Source: Eledone cirrhosa (lineage: Eukaryota). From it: a DNA stretch of 64,000 nt. The notes beneath the pieces are model-generated. The model was not told the DNA's origin, did not search any database, and worked only from the letters and a program-made list of their open reading frames with translations. Position numbers and translations under genes: made by a program. Shown here piece after piece: positions 12,608-25,998 of this stretch. The stretch spans positions 183,644,001 to 183,708,000 of the forward strand of contig OZ024740.1 in the NCBI GenBank assembly GCA_964016885.1, read 5' to 3'. How positions within the stretch are numbered: the first letter of the stretch is position 1; each line of letters opens with the position of its first letter.

Positions 12608-13296
12608 TAGTAAGTAAGTTAATTTTATAATTTTCTTATTTTACGACTGCCATATTATTGTTCTGCAACCCCATGCATTGAACCACAAAGTTACTAAGAC
12701 AATACCTATATATTTGCTAGCATTGATATGCATCTGTATGTATATATATGTTACTAGATATTAATTCTTTATAATTATCTCCAAATTATTTGTCGAGCAA
12801 TATTGGCCATGACTGCTGCTATTGTAGCAGGCAGGCCGCTGTCTTATTAGCAAACCACTTTCCACTGATTGACCTCGATGTCACGTGATTGATTCTTTTT
12901 GAATTTGCCACCGACGCAGAGGCAGTGATTTTCTCTATGGCTAGGAATTCAGTCCACGCTTTGCTATTTTCTATCCACTGAATTATTTTTTAATAAGTTT
13001 CCAGAGTCCACGCTTTGCCTGGATACTTAGATGAGAATAGTCTTACCTGCCGACGGAATGATTTTCATGTGTTTTCTTCGGAAAATATATTTATTCCATT
13101 CCAGAAACTAATTAGTTGAAAGTGATATTTTAGTAAGTAAGTTAATTTTATAATTTTCTTATTTTACGTCTCTCATATTATTGTTCTGCAACCCCATGCA
13201 TTGAACCACAAAGTTACTAAGACAATACCTATATATTTGCTAACATTGATATGCATCCGTATTTATATATATGTTACTAGATATTAATTCTTTATA
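12608..13296. repeat. 523-bp unit with about 165-bp terminal redundancy (family R2, 1.3-mer)
   Basis: 12608-12773 is repeated at 13131-13296. Confidence 0.88.
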
Positions 13297-13299
13297 TAT

Positions 13300-13401
<102 letters not shown>

Positions 13402-13438
13402 GTATATACACATACATATATGCATATATATATATATA

Positions 13439-13489
<51 letters not shown>

Positions 13490-13520
13490 TACATATATAT
13501 TTATATATAAATATATATAC

Positions 13521-13606
<86 letters not shown>

Positions 13607-13622
13607 ATATATGTATATATGT

Positions 13623-13689
<67 letters not shown>

Positions 13690-13705
13690 TATATATACAA
13701 TAGGG

Positions 13706-14564
13706 GTAAAGCATGTCCAGAGAATTATTTGATAATATATATACATCATCTCTTCTCTCAATCAACATAATTAATCACACAAAAAATCAATTACACCAGG
13801 CTATAAGAATATGAAGAAACAGTAAAGAAATGCACTATCGTGGCGCCTTCAAGTGCAACCGCTATAGAATATTTACCCAACATTTCAACAGCACGCGGAA
13901 ATTAATTAAATATACGGTCAACCATACATAATTAGGTAAAAATTAATGTTAGAAATGAATATATACATACCAGGATCAAATCACTAAATCCAGACCCTTT
14001 GGTTTCGTTCACTTTTGAGATACCTTATTTAAGGTTTTACTCGAGTTTAGAGATCATCAGGGGATAATCTCACTAGGACATATTATTTTCTGAAGTGGCT
14101 CCCGCCAAACACGAATTCAAAATAGTTGAGAACTGTCACGTGGCATTGGTCAAGTCAGGAAGGGTGTGATTGGTTGCTTACGGCGAGTGGGTTGGTTGCT
14201 AGAAAGCGCAGCCCAATATCGCCCAAATTTTTATCTCAATCTTATGGGAGATTATTAAATATAAGTATTTACACATACATCCATTAAACAAAGTTACAGG
14301 TATAAATGTGTTTTTGCAACTTTTCACGATGTGGCTCAATGGAAAATTAATAAATCAATCAGAGCCAAATACTCTAGAGTAAAGCATGTCCAGAGAACTA
14401 TTTGATAATATATATACATCATCTTTACTCCCAATCAGCATAATTAACCACACAAAAAATCAATTAGACTAGGCTATAAGAATAAAAGGCATCTATGAAG
14501 AAACAGTAAATACGCTATCGTGGTGTCTTCGCGTGCAACCGCTGTAGAATATTTACCCAACATT
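13706..14564 (-). mobile_element. 673-bp unit with about 180-bp terminal redundancy (family R3, 1.3-mer) containing a hammerhead-like motif
   Basis: 13706-13884 is repeated at 14379-14564; minus-strand CUGAUGA...GAAACC(AAAG)GGUC at 13988-14065; (TA)n on both sides. Confidence 0.72.
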
Positions 14565-14574
14565 ATATATATAC

Positions 14575-14649
<75 letters not shown>

Positions 14650-14670
14650 TATATACATATACATATATAC

Positions 14671-14706
<36 letters not shown>

Positions 14707-14830
14707 GCATATATATATACATATATATATATATACATATATATATATTTATACATATATATATATACATATATATATTTATACATATATATATATATTT
14801 ATACATATATATATATATATACATATATAC

Positions 14831-14867
<37 letters not shown>

Positions 14868-14916
14868 CGTATATGTATATACATATATACATATATATAT
14901 AGATACATATATACAT

Positions 14917-15421
14917 ATGAATGTATATATAGTGTATTTTACAATACACCGTATGCTTAAAAGAATTTCGAAGACCTTATGCTATTGTTTTAGTGTAATG
15001 AAAATAATGGATGTTTGATTCTTATAGAATTCTAGTAAATAATCAGGAACTGATTATATAGAACCGTTGACGGTGAAGAAGAAATTGAAAACAAACATCC
15101 ATGATTTTCAGCAAACAGGAGGAATGGTTTACTTTGATAAGCATAAACAAATGCGAAACATGGCTCTGTCAGCTTTATCTCAATTGTTTGCAGAAAAGTA
15201 AAGTAAGTGAGACTGTCACTACTCTAAATCAATAGCATAAGGGCTTCGAAATGCTTTTAATTAAGCATACAGTGTATTGCAAAATACATTATATATACAT
15301 TCGTATATATATAGCTATTTCAGAGCACCAATTCTAATTTTCAATTCCTGCTTGACCGGCAACCGCTCTGTATAATAAGTTCCTGATTATTTACTAGAAT
15401 TCTATAAGAATCAAACATCCA
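14917..15421 (+). mobile_element. 320-bp unit (family R4) with 10-bp terminal redundancy, preceded by inverted fragments of itself
   Basis: caaacatcca at 15092 and 15412; 14917-14997 and 15008-15091 are reverse complements of 15220-15304 and about 15338-15421; hammerhead at 15132-15172. Confidence 0.75.
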
Positions 15422-15479
15422 CATATATATTTATATATATATATATTTATATATATATATATTTATGTATATATATATT

Positions 15480-15528
<49 letters not shown>

Positions 15529-15547
15529 ATTTATATATATATATATT

Positions 15548-15578
<31 letters not shown>

Positions 15579-15581
15579 ATT

Positions 15582-15634
<53 letters not shown>

Positions 15635-15681
15635 ATTTATATATATATATATATAAATATATTTATATATATATTTATATT

Positions 15682-15747
<66 letters not shown>

Positions 15748-15781
15748 AATGTATATATATATATATATTTATATATATATG

Positions 15782-15834
<53 letters not shown>

Positions 15835-15925
15835 GTATATATATATATATTTATATATATATGTATATATATATATATATATGTATATTTATATATATAT
15901 ATATGTATATATATATATGTATATT

Positions 15926-16010
<85 letters not shown>

Positions 16011-16015
16011 GTATG

Positions 16016-16103
<88 letters not shown>

Positions 16104-16142
16104 TACATATATATATATAAATATATATATATGTATATATAA

Positions 16143-16197
<55 letters not shown>

Positions 16198-16275
16198 AGT
16201 ATATATATTTATGTATATATATATGTATATATATATGTATATATACGTAAATGTATATATATATATGTGTATATA

Positions 16276-16338
<63 letters not shown>

Positions 16339-16343
16339 ATATA

Positions 16344-16411
<68 letters not shown>

Positions 16412-16440
16412 GATATGTATATATAAATATATGTATCTAC
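15422..16440. repeat. (TA)n microsatellite with TATTTA/TATGTA variants
   Basis: Seen directly. Confidence 0.97.
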
Positions 16441-16442
16441 AT

Positions 16443-17277
16443 AAATATAAGTATGTATACGTACATACATATATGTATACAGACGTACAGAAGTATGCAT
16501 ATATATATACATCCCGAATTAAGCCTTAGTGTGTAGCAACCATCGTTGCTCATATATTCAACACTGACAAATGAACGATATACTACTTTCAACCTTATTA
16601 GTTATCGTCAGCAACATATACCTTCCTGCCAGATGGTTGAACGTCTGAACGTATATACTTTCCTTATGCATATTAATGGCTGAGCAGCCCAATTTGCACA
16701 TCGAGTGAGTTAACCGGACGGGGTACCGAAAATGATAAACGGAAAAATGAAACGAAATTTCATTTCTCACTCTTAGTACGGCTGTTACTTAAATATATAT
16801 GTATGTATACGTACATACATATATGTATACAGACGTACAGTAGCATGTATATATATACATATAAGCACACATATATATATGCACGTATCAGTTTACCGAA
16901 CATTTATTATAATGCTCGGTGTGTTGTGAACAACCATCCCGAATTTAGACGTACAGTGTCTAGCAACCATCGTTGATCATTTGTTCAACACTGACAAATG
17001 AACGCTTTACTAGTTTCAAGCATATTAGCTATCGTCAGCAACGTATACCTTCCTGCCAATTGGGTGAACGTCTGAAAGTATATATTTTCCTTATGCATAT
17101 TAACGGCTGAGCAGCCTAATTTGCATATCGTGTGAGTTAATCGGCCGGGGAACCCAAAACGATAAACTGAAGAAATGAAACGAAATATTATTTCTCACTC
17201 TGAGCATGGCTGTTACTTAAATATAAGTATGTATACGTACATACATATATGTATACAGACGTACAGTAGTATGCATA
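16443..17277 (-). mobile_element. Second locus of retrozyme-like family R1, about 2 tandem copies, period 427 bp
   Basis: gataaac recurs at 16734 and 17161; homologous to 7102-7760; hammerhead cores (tttcaa...tatcgtcagc on plus) near 16578-16613 and 17003-17043. Confidence 0.82.
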
Positions 17278-17284
17278 TATATAT

Positions 17285-17315
<31 letters not shown>

Positions 17316-17415
17316 CATACATGCACATATATATATGTGTACGTATGGATTCACCGATCATATATATATATACATATATACATATATATACATATATATA
17401 TATATATACATATAT

Positions 17416-17470
<55 letters not shown>

Positions 17471-17536
17471 CATACATGCACATATATATATGTGTACGTA
17501 TGGATTCACCGAACATATATATATATACATATATAC

Positions 17537-17577
<41 letters not shown>

Positions 17578-17578
17578 T

Positions 17579-17631
<53 letters not shown>

Positions 17632-17660
17632 CATATATATATATACATATATATATATAC

Positions 17661-17707
<47 letters not shown>

Positions 17708-17764
17708 CATATATATATATACATATATATACATATATACATATATATACATATATACATATAT

Positions 17765-17813
<49 letters not shown>

Positions 17814-17822
17814 TACATATAT

Positions 17823-17893
<71 letters not shown>

Positions 17894-17910
17894 CATATAT
17901 ATATATATAC

Positions 17911-17956
<46 letters not shown>

Positions 17957-18659
17957 TTCTACATATATATATATTTCTACACATATATATATATATACGT
18001 TTTTATACATATATATATATATATATAAATACATATTTATACATATATATTTACATATATATACATATACATACATATACATAAACATATATTCATATAT
18101 ATACCTATACATATACATATATATACATACATATACATATATACATATATATACATATATATACATATATACATATATATACATATATATACATATATAT
18201 ACATATATATATACATATATATATATACATATATATACATATATATACATATACATATATATATAAAATATACATATATATACATATACATATATATATA
18301 CATATACATATATATATATATACATATATATACATATACATATATATATACATATATATATACATATATATACATATATATATATACATATACATATATA
18401 TATATACATATACATATATATATATACATATACATATATATACATATATATACATATACATATATATATACATATATATATACATATATATACATATATA
18501 TATATACATATACATATATATATATACATATACATATATATATATATACATATACATATATATATATACATATACATATATATATATATACATATATTTA
18601 TATATATACATATTCATATATATATATATACATATATGTACATATATATATATATATAC

Positions 18660-18721
<62 letters not shown>

Positions 18722-18822
18722 ATATATATACATATATATACATATATATATATACATATACATATATACATATATATACATATATATATATACATATACA
18801 TATATATATATATATATATACT

Positions 18823-18856
<34 letters not shown>

Positions 18857-18966
18857 CTTATATATATATACATATATATACATATATATATATATATACA
18901 TATATACATATATATACATATATATATATATACATATATATACATAAACATATATATATATATTTT

Positions 18967-19015
<49 letters not shown>
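17278..19015. repeat. Long (TA)n/(TATACA)n microsatellite
   Basis: Seen directly; includes a short duplicated island gtgtacgtatggattcaccga near 17337 and 17492. Confidence 0.97.
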
Positions 19016-19018
<3 letters not shown>

Positions 19019-19931
19019 AATACATTAAAATATATGATAAACACAAAACGTGTTTGCATTGCAACAGACAAAGTTAGCTATTAACGAAATAAACTAATTA
19101 AAATGAATACAATTTGTCTGTCTCGATATAAGTCAATAAAGACAAGCTTATATTGGCAAAGGCCATGGTTCCTGGACAAATTTAAATTTCAAAATCCAAA
19201 CCTGCTCCGTAGATGAATTTGAACCTCGAAACCTAAAAATGGAATTGAAATAAAAAGTGAAATATCCAAATCTTCTGTTTCTTATCAACAGGAAGCCAGT
19301 AAAATTAGTATATTCCACATCAAAAATTTAGCAGGTCTGACTACACGTGTGCAGCCAGGCCAAATTAGCCGTCCCGCATTCCCGGTGCTAGAAATAACAG
19401 CCGTTTATGCGGGATTAAAGATCAGCTCTACAGTTAAGGAGCAATATACTATATTATATTTTGAGATTAAACTCTCAGTCATTTACAATAATTCAGCTCC
19501 AAGAAAAGGGGTATTTCCGAGCAGTTAAATACATTAAAATATATGATAAACACAAAACGTGTTTGCATTGCAACAGACAAAGTTAGCTATTAATGAAATA
19601 AACTAATTAAAGTGAATACAATTTGTCTGTCTCGATATAAGTCAATAAAGACAGGCTTATATTGGCAAAGGCCATGGTTCCTGGACAAATTTAAATTTCA
19701 AAATCCAAACCTGCTCCGTAGATGAATTTGAAACTCGAAACCTAAATATGTTTCGCAACGGTGGTACGTGAATTGAAAAATAAAGAGAATCGAAATGGAA
19801 TTGAAATAAAAAGTGAAATATCCAAATCTTCTGTGCTTATCACCTGGAACCCAGTAAAATTAGTATATTCCACTTCACAAATTTAGCAGGTCTGACTACA
19901 CGTGTGCAGCCAGGCCAAATTAGCCGTCCCG
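19016..19931. repeat. 509-bp unit present as 1.7-1.8 head-to-tail copies (family R5), (TA)n-flanked
   Basis: ttaaatacattaaaatatatgataaacac at 19016 and 19525; the second copy has about 48 extra bases near 19747-19794. Confidence 0.9.
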
Positions 19932-19932
19932 T

Positions 19933-19965
<33 letters not shown>

Positions 19966-19985
19966 TATATATGTATATATATATG

Positions 19986-20116
<131 letters not shown>

Positions 20117-21190
20117 ATTTATATATATATTTATACATAATAATACATAAGATCGAAAGCTGGTTAAAAGAGTTCCATGTATTTTATTATGCGCATTTCA
20201 AAAACAAATATCATCATGCAATAACATTTGCGTTTTCGTCAGATAAAATAGAGAGACATGATATGAAGGTTAAAACACACTTGTGAAAAAGTGCAGTTTT
20301 AAATCTACATATGAAAAGTAGATTTAGATTGATGTGTGATATTGGGAAAAAATTGAGGTGAGGGGGAGGTTGGAAAGGATGAAAAAGAGGAGGAGATGAG
20401 AGTAACAAGTGGAAGGGGAGGAGTATAATGAGGAAAGGTGAGATAGGAGGAGTGATGGGTGATAGAGAGAGAGAGATAGCTTTTATAACTGAGAAAAATA
20501 TATTGTTTTACATAGAGAGGTTGAAAAACCATTGGAAGATAATATATAAATTAAAAGAATTTCAAAATTAACGAAGAGAAAATTTTTAGAATAATGTTAA
20601 ATTAAGGTTTGTATTTAAGGTTTTAATAATATGTGCGATGAAAAGAAATTGTTAATATTTATTATAAAAAAATATAAAAATATAGCAATAGTAATGTAAT
20701 TAAGGATATATTGTGAAAGAAGTAGAAGAGAGGATGAATAAGTATAATATGTATATGTAAGATGAGCATGAAAGGGAGAAAAAATAATGAATAACGTCAA
20801 AAAAATGTTTATGTTTACGAAGGATTTTTTTAAGGTGATATAAAGTAAGAATATATTGTGCTGTGTAATAATTGTTTCTTCGTTAGGCACAATGATAATT
20901 GAGAAGTGTCTAGGAAGAAAAGGTACAGATTAGGTGTTAGAAATTAAAAGAAAGAGAAAAAGAAAAGAAAAAAAGGATAAAAAAAGAAAGGGAAGTGACA
21001 AATAGGAATGAAATAGAATGAGTAACTAGTATTATATAATGTATAATAAATAACATTGAAATAAGGTAGAAAGATGGGTATATTTTTAAAGAGATATATA
21101 TGTATATATATATATGCGCCTTTGAGAGAAGGATTTTAAATTGGTAAAGTATTAGATATTAGCAGTATACTTTATGGAATCTTCTGTTGA

Positions 21191-21192
<2 letters not shown>

Positions 21193-21240
<48 letters not shown>

Positions 21241-21382
21241 ACATATATATAAATATATATATATATACATTTACATATATATATATATACATATATATAA
21301 ATATATATATATATACATATACATATATATATATATACATATATATATATACATACATATATATATATATATACATATACAT

Positions 21383-21417
<35 letters not shown>

Positions 21418-21418
21418 C

Positions 21419-21449
<31 letters not shown>

Positions 21450-21468
21450 CATATAGATATACATATAC

Positions 21469-21501
<33 letters not shown>

Positions 21502-21574
21502 CATATAGATACATATACATATATATATATATATATAAATATATATACATATATATATATATACATATAGATAC

Positions 21575-21611
<37 letters not shown>

Positions 21612-21949
21612 TATATAAATATATATATACATATATATATATATACATATAGATACATATACATATATATATATATATATATACATATATCTATAAATAT
21701 ATAAATACATATATATACATATATATATATATACATAAATATACATATACATATATATATATATACATAAATATACATATACATATATATATATTTATAT
21801 ATATACTTATTCCTAATTAAATAAATATATGTATACATATATATACATATACATATATATATATTATATATATATATACATATACAGATATATATACATA
21901 TACATATATTTTATATATATATATATATATTTATAAATATATATATATT

Positions 21950-21985
<36 letters not shown>

Positions 21986-21996
21986 TATATATAAAT

Positions 21997-22027
<31 letters not shown>

Positions 22028-22042
22028 CATTTATATATAAAT
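21193..22042. repeat. (TA)n-derived microsatellite
   Basis: Seen directly. Confidence 0.97.
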
Positions 22043-24930
22043 ATTGTTATATTTGGGGAGGGTCATATTTGCGTAATATTGCCAGAATTAATAACAGAAC
22101 ACACTCACTGTTTGGTTGGTTTTCGCTTCTCGCTGTCTTTTATATATATATATCTGCGATCTAACTTACTCGGTCCTCAATGTTGCCATTGACTGACCGG
22201 CGGTCAAAAATAAAATAATACAGATACAATATAGACAAACACATATATATATAGTTTACATAAATCTTTCGTTGCACATCTGCAACATCGTCAGTGGTGT
22301 TATATTCATTGTTCCTCCTGTTGTGTTGTATGTCTACGCCATTTTTTTTTTTTTGTTCAGTCCGTCTATATATTTATTTATTTGTTTGCTTGTTTGTTTA
22401 TCTTATTTTATTTTGTCTTCTTTGCGCATGCGTTTGCGTGTGTGATGTGTGACTAGTGTGTATAGTGTTGTGTCTGCTGGGTGACTAGTGTGTGTTTATG
22501 TGCTTGTGTATGTATCTATTTATCTTATTTTATTTAATTTAATTTACTTATTTATTTATACTTCTCTTAGGTCAGTGTTGTTTGTTTGGGTGTTGTTGTT
22601 GTTCCACTCATTCTTTCTGTTTAGCTTTGGTCTTCTAATTTCTATTTCACTGGCCTCTCTGATTTGCCTATCTGCTGGGTCATTCCTATGTTTAGATATT
22701 ATTCTAATTTCTATGTTGTCTATGTTACCGTCATGATGTTGTCTAGCATGTTCGTATAGTACTGACCCGTTTTTTCGTCCTTTTAGTTCCCCCCAGTGTT
22801 GGTCTATCCTTTCACCTATGCTACGAGCTGTCTCACCTATGTATGTTGTTGTCGTGTTTCTACAAGTACCCTCTGTACATCTTATGCTATAGACTACGTT
22901 TCTAGTTTTACAGTTTATCCGGGGGTTCACCTTACATATGATACATTTCCTATTGGTACAGTGGGTTTTCTTAAAAGGGTAGGTTTTGCTGATCAGGGAT
23001 TTTATGGTGGTTCCTGGCTTTTCTACCACCTTTATTTTTAAGTGGGTCTTTCTCAGGGCCTTTCTACACTGGTTAGCTAATTTCCCTCCAGGGGTGGCGT
23101 CCACAAACATGACACTCTGATATCTCTGGTTGTCGTACCATGATGTGGCCTTCCCTATCTTATGTCTAGCCCTATCTAAGCTATTCCATGATTTGCTCCT
23201 GTATAGTGGGCAAATTCCTTTCATGTCCAGTTCTATGAGGGTCTTATACTTTTCCATGGCTCCTTCGTATACTCTGACTCTGTCTCTTTGGTTGTAGCCA
23301 GAGAACTGCATGCGGTTGATGAGGTGTTGGATGTGTCCTTCCATTTCTGTTGGGTCGCACATGCTGGACACATTCTTCATCACTCGTACCAAATCTGCGA
23401 TCAGAATATTAAACTTAGCACTACTGGACATTGCTGAGTTTTTGAGTATCAGGTATTTGGAGGCCATGGGTTTAGCATAGTGTGAGTGGAGAATTTGGGC
23501 TCTCTCGTCTATAGTGTTAATCCAGAGTTCTGTGTCTAATACAGGTAGTCTATTGTTAGGGTGTTTGGAAGGGAAGTCTATAGTTACAGTTATACTCTGG
23601 TGTATGGAATTAGCTATCTGCTGGATGCTTTCCATCGTGCTACGTTCTAAATCAAACTTGTTAGTGCTCTCTAGTGGGGGTGTTCTTATAACTATATTGA
23701 TATCGTCTACATAACGAGAGTACATGATGAGGTCTATGGAGCTTTCATTAAGGAGATCTTTAAGTCTCCTTTCCCACCATACCATGAAAAGGTTGGCAAC
23801 ATCGCCAGCTATGCTGACGCCGATGGCTGCTCCCTCATTTTGGGTGTAGATTTTCTCATTGAACTTAAATATGTGGCCCTTTAGGGTAGTTTTGATACTA
23901 GCCCCTATTGCATGTGCGACCATTTTTCTTACCTGATCAGTGTTTTGGGGGGTCCGTATAGCTTTGGTCCACCCAATCCACCTTCCTATGGGAGTCTTTT
24001 TAGCCATTGAGGTTATGGTGGGGGGTCTACCTCTTATAGGTCTACTAGGGCAGAAACATCTAAGGTCATGGCTGTCTAGGTAGTCGGTGTCGTAGGTAAG
24101 TCTAAGTAGGAGGCCCAGTTCGTCTGTGTCGACGTCGCAGAACTCCACCTCACTCTCAATGATCATCTCCACACATCTTTTCACAGCAAAATCAATGTTA
24201 ATGGATGGGTACAGTGACACCACATCCATGCTGCCTATTATGCAGTTGGATAGGCTCCTGTTTTTGTTGCACTCACTGATTCTGCTGAGGAGGTCCTCTG
24301 TACTTTCACATACATCTGGGGACATCTTGATTATGGGGCGTATAACCATTGAGAGGAAGTAGGAGATCCTGTAGTTGCTAGCTATATTAGCTCCGCATAC
24401 AGGTCTTGTTGGTGGTCCTGTTGTCGGGTCGTCGACTGTATTGTGGTCTTTGCGGAGCCCATACAAGGGTGGTATGCCATTGTTAGACGCCTGGAAGTTG
24501 TTGGCAGTGCGTCTGCTTGGCTTTAGGATGTCAGTCCACATCATCATGTGAGCGTTGAGGATTTTTTCTCTCCCGTCGTGTGTTAGTTGTGCAACTTCGC
24601 TCGTGTTGGTGATGTGGGGTTGCATTGCCTCGATGTAGTTCGGCATGCTATCTATTGACATCCTACCAGACTTATCTGTGGGTAGACACACTACCTCACC
24701 ATCCCTTGTGCGCTGCTTGAGGCTAACCAAGCCTTCTACAGGTTTTATCCCAAGTTGTTGGGCCTCTGGTCTGCTCTGTCTCATAGTGTACCTGTCTACT
24801 ACTTGTCTAATCTTATTTCTAGCTATGGTGAACTGTGCCTCCGTCTCGTCATCTATTTGTTGTGGTATGCAAACTCTTTTATTAAAGGGTAACCTCGTAG
24901 GATAGATATTACCCATCTTATATGTTTTGT
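22043..24930 (-). mobile_element. Penelope-like element family B (C-terminal EN; Nematis-like by motif recall) with downstream pLTR
   Basis: Open ORF plus about 510-bp 3' region with hammerhead-like core at 22258-22297; (TA)n at both ends. Confidence 0.96.
22556..24916 (-). CDS. PLE reverse transcriptase + GIY-YIG endonuclease, about 786 aa, uninterrupted but probably N-truncated
   Basis: [86 protein letters not shown]; the first 19 aa of the called ORF come from the TA tract and junction. Confidence 0.93.
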   Translation of the reverse strand: MGNIYPTRLPFNKRVCIPQQIDDETEAQFTIARNKIRQVVDRYTMRQSRPEAQQLGIKPVEGLVSLKQRTRDGEVVCLPTDKSGRMSIDSMPNYIEAMQPHITNTSEVAQLTHDGREKILNAHMMMWTDILKPSRRTANNFQASNNGIPPLYGLRKDHNTVDDPTTGPPTRPVCGANIASNYRISYFLSMVIRPIIKMSPDVCESTEDLLSRISECNKNRSLSNCIIGSMDVVSLYPSINIDFAVKRCVEMIIESEVEFCDVDTDELGLLLRLTYDTDYLDSHDLRCFCPSRPIRGRPPTITSMAKKTPIGRWIGWTKAIRTPQNTDQVRKMVAHAIGASIKTTLKGHIFKFNEKIYTQNEGAAIGVSIAGDVANLFMVWWERRLKDLLNESSIDLIMYSRYVDDINIVIRTPPLESTNKFDLERSTMESIQQIANSIHQSITVTIDFPSKHPNNRLPVLDTELWINTIDERAQILHSHYAKPMASKYLILKNSAMSSSAKFNILIADLVRVMKNVSSMCDPTEMEGHIQHLINRMQFSGYNQRDRVRVYEGAMEKYKTLIELDMKGICPLYRSKSWNSLDRARHKIGKATSWYDNQRYQSVMFVDATPGGKLANQCRKALRKTHLKIKVVEKPGTTIKSLISKTYPFKKTHCTNRKCIICKVNPRINCKTRNVVYSIRCTEGTCRNTTTTYIGETARSIGERIDQHWGELKGRKNGSVLYEHARQHHDGNIDNIEIRIISKHRNDPADRQIREASEIEIRRPKLNRKNEWNNNNTQTNNTDLREV

Positions 24931-24939
24931 CATATAAAT

Positions 24940-25042
<103 letters not shown>

Positions 25043-25084
25043 AAAGAATAGAGGTGTAACACACGAATTATGATATATTGGTAA

Positions 25085-25661
25085 AAGGCTAAACAGAAAG
25101 AATGAGTAGAACAACAACACCCAAACAAACAACACTGACCTAAGAGAAGTATAAATAAGTAAATAAAATAAAATAAAATAAAATAAATAAATACATACAC
25201 AAGCACAATAACAACAAGCACATAGACACACACTAGTCACCCAGCAGACACAACACTATACACACTAGTCACACAGCACACATAACACTATACACACACG
25301 CAAGCGCATGCGCAAAGAAGACAAAATAAAATAAACAAACAAGTAAATAAATAAATATATAGACAGACTGAATAAAAAATGGCGTAGACATACAACACAA
25401 CAGGAGGGGAAACAATATAACACCACTGACGATGTTGCAGATGTGCAACGAAAGATTTATGTAAACTATGTAAACTATATATATGTGTTTGTGTCTATAT
25501 TGTATCTGTATTATTTTTGACCGTCTGTCAGTCAATGGCAACATTGAGGACCGAGTAAGTTAGATCGCAGATATAAAAGACAGCGAGAAGCGAAAACCAA
25601 CCAAACAGTGAGTGTGTTCTGTTATTAATTCTGGCAATATTACGCAAATATGACCCTCCCC
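25085..25661 (+). mobile_element. Inverted copy of the PLE family B 3' end / pLTR with hammerhead-like core at 25423-25462
   Basis: Reverse complement of about 22055-22628; cca-ctgacga-t-gttgca gatg tgcaac-gaaa-gatt-ta-tg. Confidence 0.93.
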
Positions 25662-25700
25662 ATGTATGACAATATATATATATATATATATATGTATACT

Positions 25701-25896
25701 AAAAATTAGAATTGGAGCTCTGAAATAGCAATATATATATGGATGTATATATAATGTATTTTGCAATACACTTTATGCTTAATTAAAAGCATTTTGAAGA
25801 CAGTATGCTATTGTTTTAGAGTAGTGACAAATTCACTTACTTTAATCTCATCAAACAGGGGAGATAAGCCGACAAGGGCCTTGTTTCGCTTTTGTT
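25701..25896 (-). mobile_element. Second, partial copy of unit R4
   Basis: Reverse complement of about 15146-15342; keeps the hammerhead 3' half GAAACAAG(GCC)CUUGUC. Confidence 0.8.
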
Positions 25897-25998
25897 GACG
25901 TGGGTCGCACACACCCCCGAAAAAAATGTGCCACCCTCCTCCTCAGGAGCACAAAGAGCGTGTGCTCCCTTCCGCTCCTCCTTCTTCTCCTCTCTCAC

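Noticed and set aside
20140-21190. Purine-rich island with a cctaacgaag motif on the minus strand
   Set aside because: No helix II and no recognisable protein motif; left unassigned
22556-24916. Naiad-type selenoprotein PLE
   Set aside because: The endonuclease is C-terminal and the ORF has no in-frame TGA
25870-25950. Chimeric hammerhead from LINE CUGAGGA plus R4 GAAAC..GUC
   Set aside because: Helix II does not close at its base and helix I is poor; probably coincidence
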